From Candidatus Hydrogenedentota bacterium (GTDB lineage: Bacteria; Hydrogenedentota; Hydrogenedentia; Hydrogenedentales; JAEUWI01): 64,000 nt of DNA. Both the position numbers and the translations under genes were made by a program. The notes under the pieces are model-generated. The model searched no databases and was not told where the DNA came from. It saw only the letters and a list, made by a program, of their open reading frames with translations. Shown here one piece after another: positions 29,703 through 39,710 of this stretch (position 1 is the first letter of the stretch; each line of letters starts with the position of its first letter). The DNA lies in assembly GCA_034669905.1 (NCBI GenBank), contig JAXMOL010000008.1:116659-180658 (forward strand), written 5' to 3'.

Positions 29703-31280
29703 ATGCAAGGAACTATCAACCGGCGCGCATTCCTCCGTCAGGCAGGTACGAGCGCACTGGCACTTACGGCACTCAGTCAGTTCCGTGCCGCAAGCCAGCC
29801 CACCAGGCAGCCCAACATCGTCTGGATCTATAGCGATGACCATGCCCAGGCGGCGGTAAGTGCGTACGGCAGTCACCTGGCGGAAGTGGCGCCCACGCCC
29901 AACATTGACCGCATCGCCCAAAAGGGTATGCGCTTCAACAACAGCTTCGTCACCAACTCCATTTGCGGCCCCTGCCGCGCCGTGGTCTTGACGGGGAAAC
30001 ACAGCCACCTCAATGGTTTCCGCCAGAATGGGGACAAGTTCAATCCGAACCAGCAGACCTTCCCCAAGATTCTCCAACAGGGCAACTACCAGACCGCCGT
30101 CTTTGGCAAGTGGCACCTGGGCACCGACCCCGTGGGCTTCGACGCGTGGGAAGTGCTCCCCGGTCAGGGCCATTACTACAACCCCGATTTCCTCACGCCC
30201 GACGGCCGCAAGCAGGTCCACGGCTATGTGTCGGATATTATCACCGACAAAGCCCTCCACTGGCTTGAGTCGGAGCGGGACAAAGAGAAACCCTTTGTGC
30301 TTATGGTGCAGCACAAGGCACCCCACCGCGAATGGGAGCCGGGGCCCGACCACCTTCATACCTTCGATGACGTGGAGATTCCCGAGCCGGAAAACCTCTT
30401 CGACGACTACGCCAACCGGGGCTCGGCGGCCAAGTTGCAGGACATGTCTATCGAGAAAACCATGGTGCTGGAGTCCGACCTGAAAGTCTGGCCTGAGAGT
30501 GCGCCCGAAGACCCCAAGCTGAAGGGCCGGTGGAAGCGCACGCTGGGGCGGATGGATGAAAAACAGCTCGCCAATTGGAATGCGGCCTATCGCCCGAAGA
30601 ATGAAGCCTTTCTCAAGGCCAACCTGACGGGCAAAGACCTCGTCCGGTGGAAATACCAGCGTTACATGAAAGACTACCTGCGCTGTGTCCGCTCCGTGGA
30701 CGACAACGTGGGCCGGGTCCTCGATTACCTGGAAGCCTCGGGGCTGGACAAGAACACCGTGGTCTTTTACTCCTCCGACCAGAGCTTCTATCTCGGGGAG
30801 CATGGCTGGTTCGACAAGCGCTTTATGTATGAAGAGTCGCTACGCACCCCGCTGGTTGCCATGGGTCCGGGCATCATCCCGGAAGGCACCACCTGCGACG
30901 CCATGGTGCAGAACCTGGATATGGCCGAGACCTTCCTGGAACTCACCGGCACGGCGGTGCCCGACGACATGCAAGGCCGCAGCCTCGTCCCCCTGATGAA
31001 AGGGGAGACGCCCGATTCGTGGCGTGACGCCATCTACTACCATTACTACGAAGGCGAAGGAAAGGTCCACAACGTCTACGTACACTATGGGGTGCGCTCC
31101 GAGCGGTATAAGCTGATCTACTTCTACACCCTCGATGAGTGGGAGTTCTATGATCTGAAGACGGACCCCAGCGAGATGCGCAACGAAATCGCCAACCCGG
31201 AATACGCCGACGTTATCGAAAAACACCGTTCCGAGCTGGCCCGCTTGCGCAAGCATTACCAGGTGCCCGAGACGGCGTAG
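29703..31280 (+). CDS. Tat-exported Cys-type sulfatase (probable carbohydrate sulfatase)
   Basis: Tat motif [26 protein letters not shown] and [16 protein letters not shown]. Confidence 0.93.
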   Translation: MQGTINRRAFLRQAGTSALALTALSQFRAASQPTRQPNIVWIYSDDHAQAAVSAYGSHLAEVAPTPNIDRIAQKGMRFNNSFVTNSICGPCRAVVLTGKHSHLNGFRQNGDKFNPNQQTFPKILQQGNYQTAVFGKWHLGTDPVGFDAWEVLPGQGHYYNPDFLTPDGRKQVHGYVSDIITDKALHWLESERDKEKPFVLMVQHKAPHREWEPGPDHLHTFDDVEIPEPENLFDDYANRGSAAKLQDMSIEKTMVLESDLKVWPESAPEDPKLKGRWKRTLGRMDEKQLANWNAAYRPKNEAFLKANLTGKDLVRWKYQRYMKDYLRCVRSVDDNVGRVLDYLEASGLDKNTVVFYSSDQSFYLGEHGWFDKRFMYEESLRTPLVAMGPGIIPEGTTCDAMVQNLDMAETFLELTGTAVPDDMQGRSLVPLMKGETPDSWRDAIYYHYYEGEGKVHNVYVHYGVRSERYKLIYFYTLDEWEFYDLKTDPSEMRNEIANPEYADVIEKHRSELARLRKHYQVPETA

Positions 31281-31354
31281 GAAGCCCGAGACGTCCCACA
31301 TGGGACTTGTTGCACGTGGAGGAATCAGCACGCCGTTCAAACATTCGCCTGTCC

Positions 31355-31387
31355 AGGCCCGAAGCCTTACGCGCTTCGGGCCTTTTT
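31355..31387 (+). terminator. Intrinsic terminator
   Basis: AGGCCCGAAGC-N7-GCTTCGGGCCT followed by TTTT. Confidence 0.8.
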
Positions 31388-31517
31388 GCCTCCGTTCCAG
31401 GCACCAATCGGCCGCTTTCCTTTGAAATCAACGGAAGCCGGGAGGTACTCTGTAGCAAGAGGGCGGCACACTAACTCATCATTACAATTTCGGGCAACAG
31501 AAAACAGGTGGCTAATC

Positions 31518-32411
31518 ATGTCAGCAGATACCCCTTTTGTCGTCGTCGGTCTGGGTGAAGTGCTCTGGGACCTCCTCCCGGAGGGCAAACAACTTGGTGG
31601 TGCTCCCGCAAATTTCACCTTTCACGCCACGGAACTGGGCGCCCAGGGCCATGTGGTCAGCAGCGTCGGCCAGGACAGCCTGGGCCGGGAAATCCGCGAA
31701 GTCTTGCAGATCAACGGCCTGTCGGTGGAACACGTGGCAGAAGATCCCGCCCACCCCACGGGCACCGTTTCCGTCACCCTGAGCGATGGCGGCCAGCCAG
31801 ACTACACCATTCATGAAGAGGTCGCCTGGGATTATATCCCCTTTCAGCCCGACGCGGAAAAGTTGGCGGCACGGGCCCATGCGGTCTGTTTTGGCACCCT
31901 GGCCTCCCGCAATCCCCACAGCCGGGAAAGTATCCGCCGTTTTCTGGATGCCACCATGCCCAGTTGTCTCCGGGTCCTGGACGTGAACTTACGCCAGAAG
32001 TATTTCGACGGGGATCTGATTCATGACCTGTTGGAGCGGGCGGATGTCTTGAAACTCAACGAAGATGAACTCCCCGTAATCACCGAGCTTCTCAATATCG
32101 ATGGCTCGACCAAAGAGCGGATGGAGCAATTGATCGATCGCTACACCCTCCAGTGTATTGCCCTGACGCGGGGCGCCCGGGGAAGCCTGCTGCTGACTCC
32201 CAGCATGCTGGACGTTCACCACGGCCTCCGGCTCGACCATATCGCCGATACGGTAGGTGCGGGGGACTCCTACACCGCCATGCTCGTCATGGGCTTACTG
32301 CAGCGATGGAGCCTCGAAGAGATCAACGCACGGGCCAACCAATTGGCGGGCTACGTCTGTGGGCAATCGGGTGGAATGGCCTCCCATCCGGACAACGCCC
32401 ACTTCGTCTAG
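31518..32411 (+). CDS. PfkB-family carbohydrate kinase (fructokinase-like)
   Basis: GEVLWD, GGAPAN, DVNLR and DTVGAGDS. Confidence 0.9.
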   Translation: MSADTPFVVVGLGEVLWDLLPEGKQLGGAPANFTFHATELGAQGHVVSSVGQDSLGREIREVLQINGLSVEHVAEDPAHPTGTVSVTLSDGGQPDYTIHEEVAWDYIPFQPDAEKLAARAHAVCFGTLASRNPHSRESIRRFLDATMPSCLRVLDVNLRQKYFDGDLIHDLLERADVLKLNEDELPVITELLNIDGSTKERMEQLIDRYTLQCIALTRGARGSLLLTPSMLDVHHGLRLDHIADTVGAGDSYTAMLVMGLLQRWSLEEINARANQLAGYVCGQSGGMASHPDNAHFV

Positions 32412-33823
32412 GGGCTTACCAGCTCCTCTTGAGCCGGCACTGGGCTGTCTGCAGCCTGGGCGGGTAGCTCCATGACAAACATGACCCACCCTTCCGGTGC
32501 ATCGGCCAGCCAGAGCTTTCCCCCGTGGGCCCGCAAGATTTCTCGGGACAGGCTCAGCCCCAACCCTACGCCATCGACTTTCCGGGAGTGGGCCGGGTCG
32601 GCCCGATAGAAGCGGCGAAACACCTGGCCCCGCTCGGCCTCGGGTATGCCCTCGCTCGTATTGGCCACTGCCAGACGAATCGTATCCCCGGAACGAAATA
32701 GCTGGAAGCGAATCTTACCCTTCTCCACGTTGTATTTGATGGCATTGTTCACCAGATTCTGAATCGCCTGCTGCAGGAGCGCGCCGTCCGCTTCCACGCA
32801 CAGACCCTGGCCAATTTCTTGCTCCAGCGTTAACTCGGGCGCCAGAATCTCCACATCTTCAATGATCTGTTCCACGAGCTCATCCAACTGCAACGGCGAC
32901 TTGCTCACCCGCATTTTCCCGGCATCCGCGAGGGACAGGAGGAGGAGGCGCCGAATAATTACCTTCAGCCGTTGGACCTCTTCCAATAGGCGGCCGAGAT
33001 TCTGCTGCAATGGGGAACCGACCGGGGCTTCCTGCAACGCCTGGTCCAACTGGCCCTGCAAAATCGCCAGCGGTGTCTTCAGCTCGTGGGCCGCATCGGC
33101 ACTGAATCGGGTGGCGTGGTTGAAGCTCCGCTCCAGGCGTTCGAGCATTTCGTTGAACACCGTAATCAACTGGTCGAATTCGTCCCCGTTGCCCCGCAGT
33201 GGAAGACGTTGTTCCAGGGCCTGTGCCGTGATCCCCTCCGTCGCCTGAATGAGGGACTGGAGTGGACGTACGGCCCGCCAGGCCAGAAACCACCCACCAC
33301 CGCCCACGCAGACAAGGGCCAGCACAACGCCAATGAGAAAGGCGTTGCGCAAGGCGTGTACCTGCGCCAGATAGGGCGCCATATTCGCCGCCACAATAAG
33401 GGTCCGGTCGGGACGGTGTTGAAGGGCCACCCGCCAGGACGACGCGCCCGCATGGATCGTACGTGGAGGAGCAGAAGGACGCTCGGGGAAAGGCAGGGGA
33501 AGGCGTTCCGCCAGCCCCTCGGGCCAGGGAGCGCTCTGATAAATCGTCTTGCCATCTCGGCCCAACACCACGAAGGCCATCTCACGAGACGGGTCCGCGA
33601 CCGATAAACGTGCCAGGGCGTCGTCAAAGGCACGCCAGGTCCATTCGTCAGGGGGCGTGGTCGCCTGTCCGCTCGCCAACGCGACCAATTCGCTATCCAG
33701 GCGGTGAATCCCGGTCAACTCGTGGAGCATGGTCCAGGTCCACCCGCCGAATCCCAGAATAACCAAACCGGAAACCGCCACTGAAAGGACCAGTATACGG
33801 AGTCGGAAGGTCCGGAATTTCAT
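32408..33823 (-). CDS. HAMP-domain sensor histidine kinase (CusS/CzcS-like)
   Basis: Two transmembrane helices, HAMP, FSADAAHELKTPL, NAIKYN and GLGL. Confidence 0.9.
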   Translation of the reverse strand: MKFRTFRLRILVLSVAVSGLVILGFGGWTWTMLHELTGIHRLDSELVALASGQATTPPDEWTWRAFDDALARLSVADPSREMAFVVLGRDGKTIYQSAPWPEGLAERLPLPFPERPSAPPRTIHAGASSWRVALQHRPDRTLIVAANMAPYLAQVHALRNAFLIGVVLALVCVGGGGWFLAWRAVRPLQSLIQATEGITAQALEQRLPLRGNGDEFDQLITVFNEMLERLERSFNHATRFSADAAHELKTPLAILQGQLDQALQEAPVGSPLQQNLGRLLEEVQRLKVIIRRLLLLSLADAGKMRVSKSPLQLDELVEQIIEDVEILAPELTLEQEIGQGLCVEADGALLQQAIQNLVNNAIKYNVEKGKIRFQLFRSGDTIRLAVANTSEGIPEAERGQVFRRFYRADPAHSRKVDGVGLGLSLSREILRAHGGKLWLADAPEGWVMFVMELPAQAADSPVPAQEELVSP

Positions 33824-34500
33824 GCTTCGCCGTCCTTACGTACCCGATAGCCCACGCCGCGGATGGTTTCAATTAACGGATTCTCTTTGTCGGGCGAAAC
33901 TTTCTTGCGCAGGCGCTGAATGTGGACATCCACCAGGTTGGTGCTGGGGTCAAAATCGTAGCCCCACACATGCTCCAGCATCTGGGTTCGGGTATAGACC
34001 CGCCCTGGGTTCCGCATCATATATTCCAACAAACTGAACTCCCGCGCGGTGAGTTTTACGGGCGTCCCGCCCCGTTTGACCTCCCGGGTCAACACGTTAA
34101 CGGTGAGGTCACCGGCCTGGAGCAGGCTCATTTGCTCGTCGGAGCTGCGCCGCATTACCGCATGCAGCCGGGCCGTCAACTCTTCCACATAGAAGGGCTT
34201 GGTCAGATAGTCATCGGCCCCGGTGTTGAGCCCTTCAATGCGCTCATCCAATTCGGAGCGGGCCGTCAGCAGGATAACCGGTGTCGTGTGCCCCTTCTTG
34301 CGGAATTGCTTGAGGATACTGAGTCCATCACGACCGGGCAACATGATATCCAGCACCACCGCGTCATAGGGCGTATCCATCATTCGCACCAGGGCCTCAT
34401 CGCCGTGGTCACACAGTTCCACCAGAAAACCCTGCTCCGTCAGGCCCTTTTTCACGAAGTCCGCGATCTGTTTTTCGTCTTCTACCACAAGAATTTTCAT
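33820..34500 (-). CDS. OmpR-family response regulator (CusR/CzcR-like)
   Basis: VVEDE, LDIMLPG, GADDYLTKPF and ETIRGVGY. ATGA overlap with the kinase gene. Confidence 0.93.
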   Translation of the reverse strand: MKILVVEDEKQIADFVKKGLTEQGFLVELCDHGDEALVRMMDTPYDAVVLDIMLPGRDGLSILKQFRKKGHTTPVILLTARSELDERIEGLNTGADDYLTKPFYVEELTARLHAVMRRSSDEQMSLLQAGDLTVNVLTREVKRGGTPVKLTAREFSLLEYMMRNPGRVYTRTQMLEHVWGYDFDPSTNLVDVHIQRLRKKVSPDKENPLIETIRGVGYRVRKDGEA

Positions 34501-34545
34501 GACCGAAGTATAGCATGAGGGCCGCCCACTCCGGCACCGTGGAAG

Positions 34546-34561
34546 ATTACATTTCTGTCAT
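34546..34561. promoter_or_regulatory. Cop/Cus-box-like palindrome
   Basis: ATTACATTTCTGTCAT (reverse strand ATGACAGAAATGTAAT) between the divergent regulator and EF-hand genes. Confidence 0.6.
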
Positions 34562-34675
34562 CAAGGGACATGTTTCGCCGTCATGTTGGCCCGCTACACT
34601 TTGGACATGAAAGACAGCACGGGCGCCGTGAAGCGGGTGCTTCACCAACTACCGCCCCTGTCGGAGGAACCTATC

Positions 34676-35404
34676 ATGAAAATTACGACTATCACCGAGC
34701 GAATCAATCACCATTCCAAGACCGCTGTTCTGGGGGGCACCCTGCTTGCCGCAACCACCCTGCTCTCCCTCACCGCCGATGCGCAGCAACCCAAACGGGC
34801 CCTCTTTGAACGGGCCGATCAGGGCGGCGAAAAAACCTGCCAGGCCGAACACAAACGGGACGGCGACCGGGAACACCGTCCGCCGCGCGGAGACTTCGAA
34901 GGTCGGGGACGGCACGATGGCCCTCCGCCCCGTGACGGATTTGGACCCCGGGGCGATCGCGAGGGTTATGGCCCCCCGCCGCAACGTGGCTTCGACGGTC
35001 CCAACGACCGCCCGGAACACCATGCCCGGGGTGGTGAACAGGGACATCGTCCGCCCCAGTTCCGTGGTGGACGGGGTGAAGGACCGGATCGTGGCTTCGA
35101 TGGTCCCAGCGCGCGGGGACCGCGCGGTGGGGAAGGTCCTGGACATCGCCCTGGCCCGCCCGCCTTTGAAGATATCGACGCCGATGGCAATGGCAGCATC
35201 AGTGCGGAAGAGTTCAGCGCCTTCCACGAACGTCGGCCGGAACGTGGCCCCGAAGCAAATCGTGGACGTCGCGGCCCCCGTGGCCCGGAAGGGAATCGCG
35301 GACCTGAAGGAAGTCATGGTCCGCAAGGAAATCGTGGACCCGGAGGCCCGGAAGGCCCTGGACACCCTGAACAGGGCCCCGATGCCCCGCCCGTTGTTGA
35401 ATAG
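34676..35404 (+). CDS. Secreted Gly/Pro/Arg-rich low-complexity protein with an EF-hand and a short Gly-X-Y tail
   Basis: GGAGG ribosome-binding site, signal peptide, DIDADGNGSISAEEF and 11 consecutive G-X-Y triplets. Confidence 0.75.
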   Translation: MKITTITERINHHSKTAVLGGTLLAATTLLSLTADAQQPKRALFERADQGGEKTCQAEHKRDGDREHRPPRGDFEGRGRHDGPPPRDGFGPRGDREGYGPPPQRGFDGPNDRPEHHARGGEQGHRPPQFRGGRGEGPDRGFDGPSARGPRGGEGPGHRPGPPAFEDIDADGNGSISAEEFSAFHERRPERGPEANRGRRGPRGPEGNRGPEGSHGPQGNRGPGGPEGPGHPEQGPDAPPVVE

Positions 35405-35413
35405 TTTCTAGTC

Positions 35414-35484
35414 TTCCTCCCCCTCCCAATGCGCCGGGGCGGTCCGAAAGGATCGTCTCGGCGCGCGTTATTTTGGGGGAGGAA
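35414..35484 (+). terminator. Long GNRA-capped hairpin, probable terminator or mRNA 3' structure
   Basis: GCGCCGGGGCGGTCC-GAAA-GGATCGTCTCGGCGC (three G-U pairs) inside TTCCTCCCCC/GGGGGAGGAA. Confidence 0.6.
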
Positions 35485-35696
35485 AAGTTCGTTTCAAATC
35501 CGTCTCCAAACCGCCGTGGCACGGAAGCTACCTGTAGATCGCGGCAGTTTCAGCCACTTGCTTCACGAGTACTGAAAAGTCTTCCGCACTGCAGGCACAT
35601 GCCACCGTCTACTCGAAAAGTTAGTTTCGACTGCGTCCACGAGCGTGCCCGTTACATCAAACATGGGCGTTATTGCGGGCAGGAAATCACGCTCCC

Positions 35697-37184
35697 TCAG
35701 GGAAAACGCCACGTCGCCGAATCGAGCAACTCGACGGCCTTATTCAATACCGCATCGGTGCCATCCTTATAGATCGCGGCGGCGCTGGTGCGATCGAGGG
35801 TAAAGACGGGATCAGGCACGACGTTGCCAATCCCTTCTCCATTGGAAATCCCTTGTATGGCCCCTGACTCATCGAGGGAGCGGCGGGCCGGGTACATGAT
35901 TACGAAATTTCCCGGCAAGATGAGGTCCACGTTGGGCACCCCGGCGGACCCGCTTGTACCCGACACCCCGAACACGCGCACGTTTTCCCGTCCGGCGAGA
36001 AAACCCGCGAACGATTCGGCGGGCCCCATGGTGTACGAATCTACCAGGAGCACAATGGGGCCTTCATAGACCGGTAATTCCGGCACGATATGGACGGTGT
36101 CTTCTGATTCCACCAGGTAGGTCAACAGCTCAGTGTCCCACTCTCCGGGGGTCTCAAAAAAGGTTTCTTCCGACACCAGGCAGGAGAGCATGTTGGGTAC
36201 GAGCGTCGCGTCTCCCCCCTGGGTGCCACGCAGGTCAAGCAGCAGCCCGGTTGCTTCTTCTTTTACCGCCTGCCGTACCGCCGTCTTGAATTCCCGCACG
36301 GGGAAGGGCGTGGAAAGGGTGGGCGCAATGGCGGCCACGCGAATATAGCGGTAGCTATCGTTTAACACCTGGGTCTTAATCGGACTGTCAAAGAGTTCCA
36401 CCGGGGCCCACAGCGGGCGATTGAGTGCCAGGTGCTCGAAGCCGTCTACCTCCAACACAACCCGGGCGCTCCGCGTTTCCGTGTCACCGGGATTCATGAA
36501 CGTGATGGTTTGAACGGCGCCCTCGGGTCCCCGGGGAAGCCAGGTCAGTTGCTGCCTGCGTCGCGATGCGGGTGTGGCCGACGGATTGTCTGCCCAGACT
36601 ATTCTGGTGGCTGCCAGGGCCTCTTCGATGGGCTTATCATTCCAGGTAAAGATGGTGGCGCCCCAGGCAATACCTACCGTGTCCGCCGGACCTTCTTCCG
36701 CCAAGCCGACCGCAATCACACTGCCATCGTCTAACTGCGCCAGGGCCAGTCCCGCAGAACCCCCTTCGTCGCTGTCGCGCAGCAGTCCATTCGCATCAAT
36801 AAGCACGTTGCCATCTGGAATCTTGTAGACATAGGCACGGAGCGCGCGGTACCACGCCCCCTTGTCTTTGGCCTCTTCCGCCGCCAAAACTTTCGGGGCC
36901 GTCTCGTCATAGAGGGCCTGCCAATTGATGCCCTTGTGCTCGCTGTAGGCATAGTCCCGCTGAAGGCGATCGTGGAGAATATCAAAGGCCCTGGTCCAGG
37001 GCCGACTCCGCAGATCGTTTTCAGCCCGAAGGACTGCCGGCAAGGGGATATCGGGCACGGGCACTTCCAGGCCGGTCACCGGAATCCGGGCCTTGGTGGT
37101 ACAGCCCCCTGAAAACAAAGTAAGGGCCAGGGACAGGCCCACCAGGGCACTGCCAAAAACGGGAAAGTTCTTGCGCTGAATCAT
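35697..37184 (-). CDS. S41-peptidase-like lipoprotein with a PDZ-like domain, catalytic motif degenerate
   Basis: Lipobox FSGGC, LLLDLRGTQGG and IVLLVDSYTMGPAESF. Confidence 0.72.
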   Translation of the reverse strand: MIQRKNFPVFGSALVGLSLALTLFSGGCTTKARIPVTGLEVPVPDIPLPAVLRAENDLRSRPWTRAFDILHDRLQRDYAYSEHKGINWQALYDETAPKVLAAEEAKDKGAWYRALRAYVYKIPDGNVLIDANGLLRDSDEGGSAGLALAQLDDGSVIAVGLAEEGPADTVGIAWGATIFTWNDKPIEEALAATRIVWADNPSATPASRRRQQLTWLPRGPEGAVQTITFMNPGDTETRSARVVLEVDGFEHLALNRPLWAPVELFDSPIKTQVLNDSYRYIRVAAIAPTLSTPFPVREFKTAVRQAVKEEATGLLLDLRGTQGGDATLVPNMLSCLVSEETFFETPGEWDTELLTYLVESEDTVHIVPELPVYEGPIVLLVDSYTMGPAESFAGFLAGRENVRVFGVSGTSGSAGVPNVDLILPGNFVIMYPARRSLDESGAIQGISNGEGIGNVVPDPVFTLDRTSAAAIYKDGTDAVLNKAVELLDSATWRFP

Positions 37185-37472
37185 ACAACCATCCTGAAAA
37201 TAAAGCGTGATCGGGGGGAACCCCGTAACCAGTTGTGCGAAACCACTTCAACCCAAGATAAAGCGGTCCAGAAGGATGCACCCGAATACTTTAGCACATT
37301 GTCGCAGAGGCACCCAAGGAATCCACGCGACGGAAAGTCACCCCGATGGCACCCCTGTCTTGTGAATTTGACTTTATATACAAAGGCTTTGACATACTCG
37401 CCGCGAATGGCCCTTCCGGGCCTGTCATGCGCTTCGAAATGAATGTGAAAACGCCGCCAAAAAGGACTCACC

Positions 37473-38603
37473 ATGCGCCCTTCCCTACCCGGTTGGAAAG
37501 ATAAAATCCTCTTCACACCCGGACCCCTGACCACCAGCCAGACGGTGAAGCAGGCTCTCCTCCGGGATCTCGGCTCCCGGGACCATGCCTTCATTGAGTT
37601 GGTCGCCGCGATTCGGGCGCGACTGCTCCATATCGGACAGGTAGACGCCGAAACGTACGTCGCGGTGCCCATGCAGGGCAGTGGCACCTTTTCCATCGAA
37701 GCCGTCTTCGCCTCGACCATCCGTCCCGGGGGCAAGGTGCTGCTGGTCATCAATGGCGCCTATGGCGAGCGCATGGCGACCATGTGCGCCATGCTGGGCA
37801 TCGAAACCACCAAACTCGTTTTCCCCGAGAACCAGGCCCCCGACCTCGAAGCGGTACGCGCCGCCCTGGCGGCCGACCCGTCCCTCACCGACATGGCAAC
37901 GGTTCATTGCGAAACCACCACCGGAATTATCAATCCCGTGGCGGAACTCGGCGCCCTGGCCAGAGAATTCGGCGTTTCCTACTTTGTGGATGCCATGAGC
38001 AGTTTTGGTGCCGTCCCCCTGGATCTCGCGGCGGCCCATATCGATTACCTCGTCTCTTCGGCCAATAAATGCATCGAAGGGGTCCCAGGATTCGGATTCG
38101 TGATTGCCCGACGGGAGGCCCTCGCGGCCACTGAAGGGTGGGCCCGTAGTCTCAGCCTCGACCTGCTGGCCCAATGGCGTGGGCTCGAGGGCAATGGGCA
38201 GTTCCGTTTCACGCCCCCGACCCATGTGCTGTTGGCATTCCACCAGGCCCTCCTCGAATTGGAACAGGAAGGCGGCGTCGCGGGTCGGGCAGCCCGCTAT
38301 GAAGGAAACTACCGCACCCTCATCGAAGGCATGGCCCGCCTGGGCTTTTCCGAATACCTGCCCCGGGAGAAGCAGGGCTATATCATTACCTCCTTCCTCT
38401 ATCCCGAGCATCCCAACTGGGATTTCGCCGCCTTTTACGACCGCCTGAATGCGCGGGACTATGTGATTTACCCGGGCAAAGTCAGCAACGCGGACTGTTT
38501 CCGAATCGGGAACATTGGCCGTATCTTCACCTCCGATGTGTTGGCCCTCCTGGCTGCCATCTCGGATGTGCTGTCTGAGATGAACATCGACTTGAAGGCT
38601 TAA
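37473..38603 (+). CDS. phnW: 2-aminoethylphosphonate--pyruvate transaminase
   Basis: [42 protein letters not shown] and RFTPPTH. Confidence 0.95.
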   Translation: MRPSLPGWKDKILFTPGPLTTSQTVKQALLRDLGSRDHAFIELVAAIRARLLHIGQVDAETYVAVPMQGSGTFSIEAVFASTIRPGGKVLLVINGAYGERMATMCAMLGIETTKLVFPENQAPDLEAVRAALAADPSLTDMATVHCETTTGIINPVAELGALAREFGVSYFVDAMSSFGAVPLDLAAAHIDYLVSSANKCIEGVPGFGFVIARREALAATEGWARSLSLDLLAQWRGLEGNGQFRFTPPTHVLLAFHQALLELEQEGGVAGRAARYEGNYRTLIEGMARLGFSEYLPREKQGYIITSFLYPEHPNWDFAAFYDRLNARDYVIYPGKVSNADCFRIGNIGRIFTSDVLALLAAISDVLSEMNIDLKA

Positions 38604-38630
38604 GCCGCCCCTTACCCTATGGAGAAACCC

Positions 38631-39461
38631 ATGGAATTCTTTACCCAACGCCAGTATCGGGGTCCCTTGAAGGCCGCCATTTTTGATTGGGCCGGCACCA
38701 CGGTGGACTATGGCTGTCGCGCCCCTGCCGGAGCCTTTCAGGAGCTTTTTCGCCAACATGGGGTGGAAGCCACCATCGCCCAGGCCCGGGAACCCATGGG
38801 CATGCACAAGCGGGACCATATCGCCACCATGCTCGCCATGCCCGCCCTTTCCGCCCAGTGGGAAACGGCACATGGTGCCCCCTACACCGACGATGATGTG
38901 GAGGCCCTGTTTCAGCAATTCATCCCCCTCCAGCTGGCGGCCCTGCCCAATTTCGTGGACCTTATTCCCGGGGTTGTGGACACGGTGGATGCGCTGCGCA
39001 AACGGGGGATGAAGATTGGGGCCACGACGGGCTACAACGAGGAAATGATGGCCATGTGTCAGGAAGCGGCCGCGAAGGCCGGCTATGTCCCCGACGTCAG
39101 CGTGGCCGTTACGCAGGTCCCGGCGGGCCGTCCCGCTCCCTGGATGGCGGTCAAGGCCGCGATGGCGTTGCAGATTTTCCCCTGGGAGGCCATTGTAAAA
39201 GTCGGCGACACCGTAACGGATGTGCTGGAAGGCCTCAATGCCGGTATGTGGACCATTGCCGTGACGAAAACCGGGAACGAAGTGGGGCTCTCTGAGGCGG
39301 AGGTCGCGGCCCTTTCCGACACGGAACGGGTTGCACGCATCGATCGCGCGGCGGCCAAACTCGCCCAGGCGGGTGCCCACTATATCGTGGAAGGCGTCGA
39401 CGAAATAGTGCCCGTGTTGGATGAAATCGACGCGCGTCTGGCCCGGGGTGAACGACCCTGA
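38631..39461 (+). CDS. phnX: Phosphonoacetaldehyde hydrolase
   Basis: FDWAGTTVDYG, PMGMHKRDHI, GRPAPWM and KVGDT; adjacent to phnW. Confidence 0.95.
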   Translation: MEFFTQRQYRGPLKAAIFDWAGTTVDYGCRAPAGAFQELFRQHGVEATIAQAREPMGMHKRDHIATMLAMPALSAQWETAHGAPYTDDDVEALFQQFIPLQLAALPNFVDLIPGVVDTVDALRKRGMKIGATTGYNEEMMAMCQEAAAKAGYVPDVSVAVTQVPAGRPAPWMAVKAAMALQIFPWEAIVKVGDTVTDVLEGLNAGMWTIAVTKTGNEVGLSEAEVAALSDTERVARIDRAAAKLAQAGAHYIVEGVDEIVPVLDEIDARLARGERP

Positions 39462-39494
39462 TGGGATAATCCCCCCTGCTATTTGGAGTACACA

Positions 39495-39524
39495 CCCCCA
39501 CCCATCCCGGTGGGGGCATTTTTT
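39495..39524 (+). terminator. Intrinsic terminator
   Basis: CCCCCACC-N6-GGTGGGGG followed by CATTTTTT. Confidence 0.65.
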
Positions 39525-39710
39525 CCGCCCGGCGGTGACCTGAATCCCCCCTCCCATGGAATCTATGGTGCAGAGGGCATTCCTATCATTCCGAGCCGAC
39601 TTCCCTTCGATTCAGGCCCCCACCGCCGTCCGGGCGGGGCGTTACGGTGTGCTATACTGGCCGTTGAATCAATTCTCAGAAACTTTTGACGCGATCCCAC
39701 GAGGTATTTC

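Noticed and set aside
37360..37400. Possible Pho box upstream of phnW
   Set aside because: Only TTTGAC twice, 21 bp apart, is present. It does not convincingly match 11-bp-period CTGTCAT repeats.
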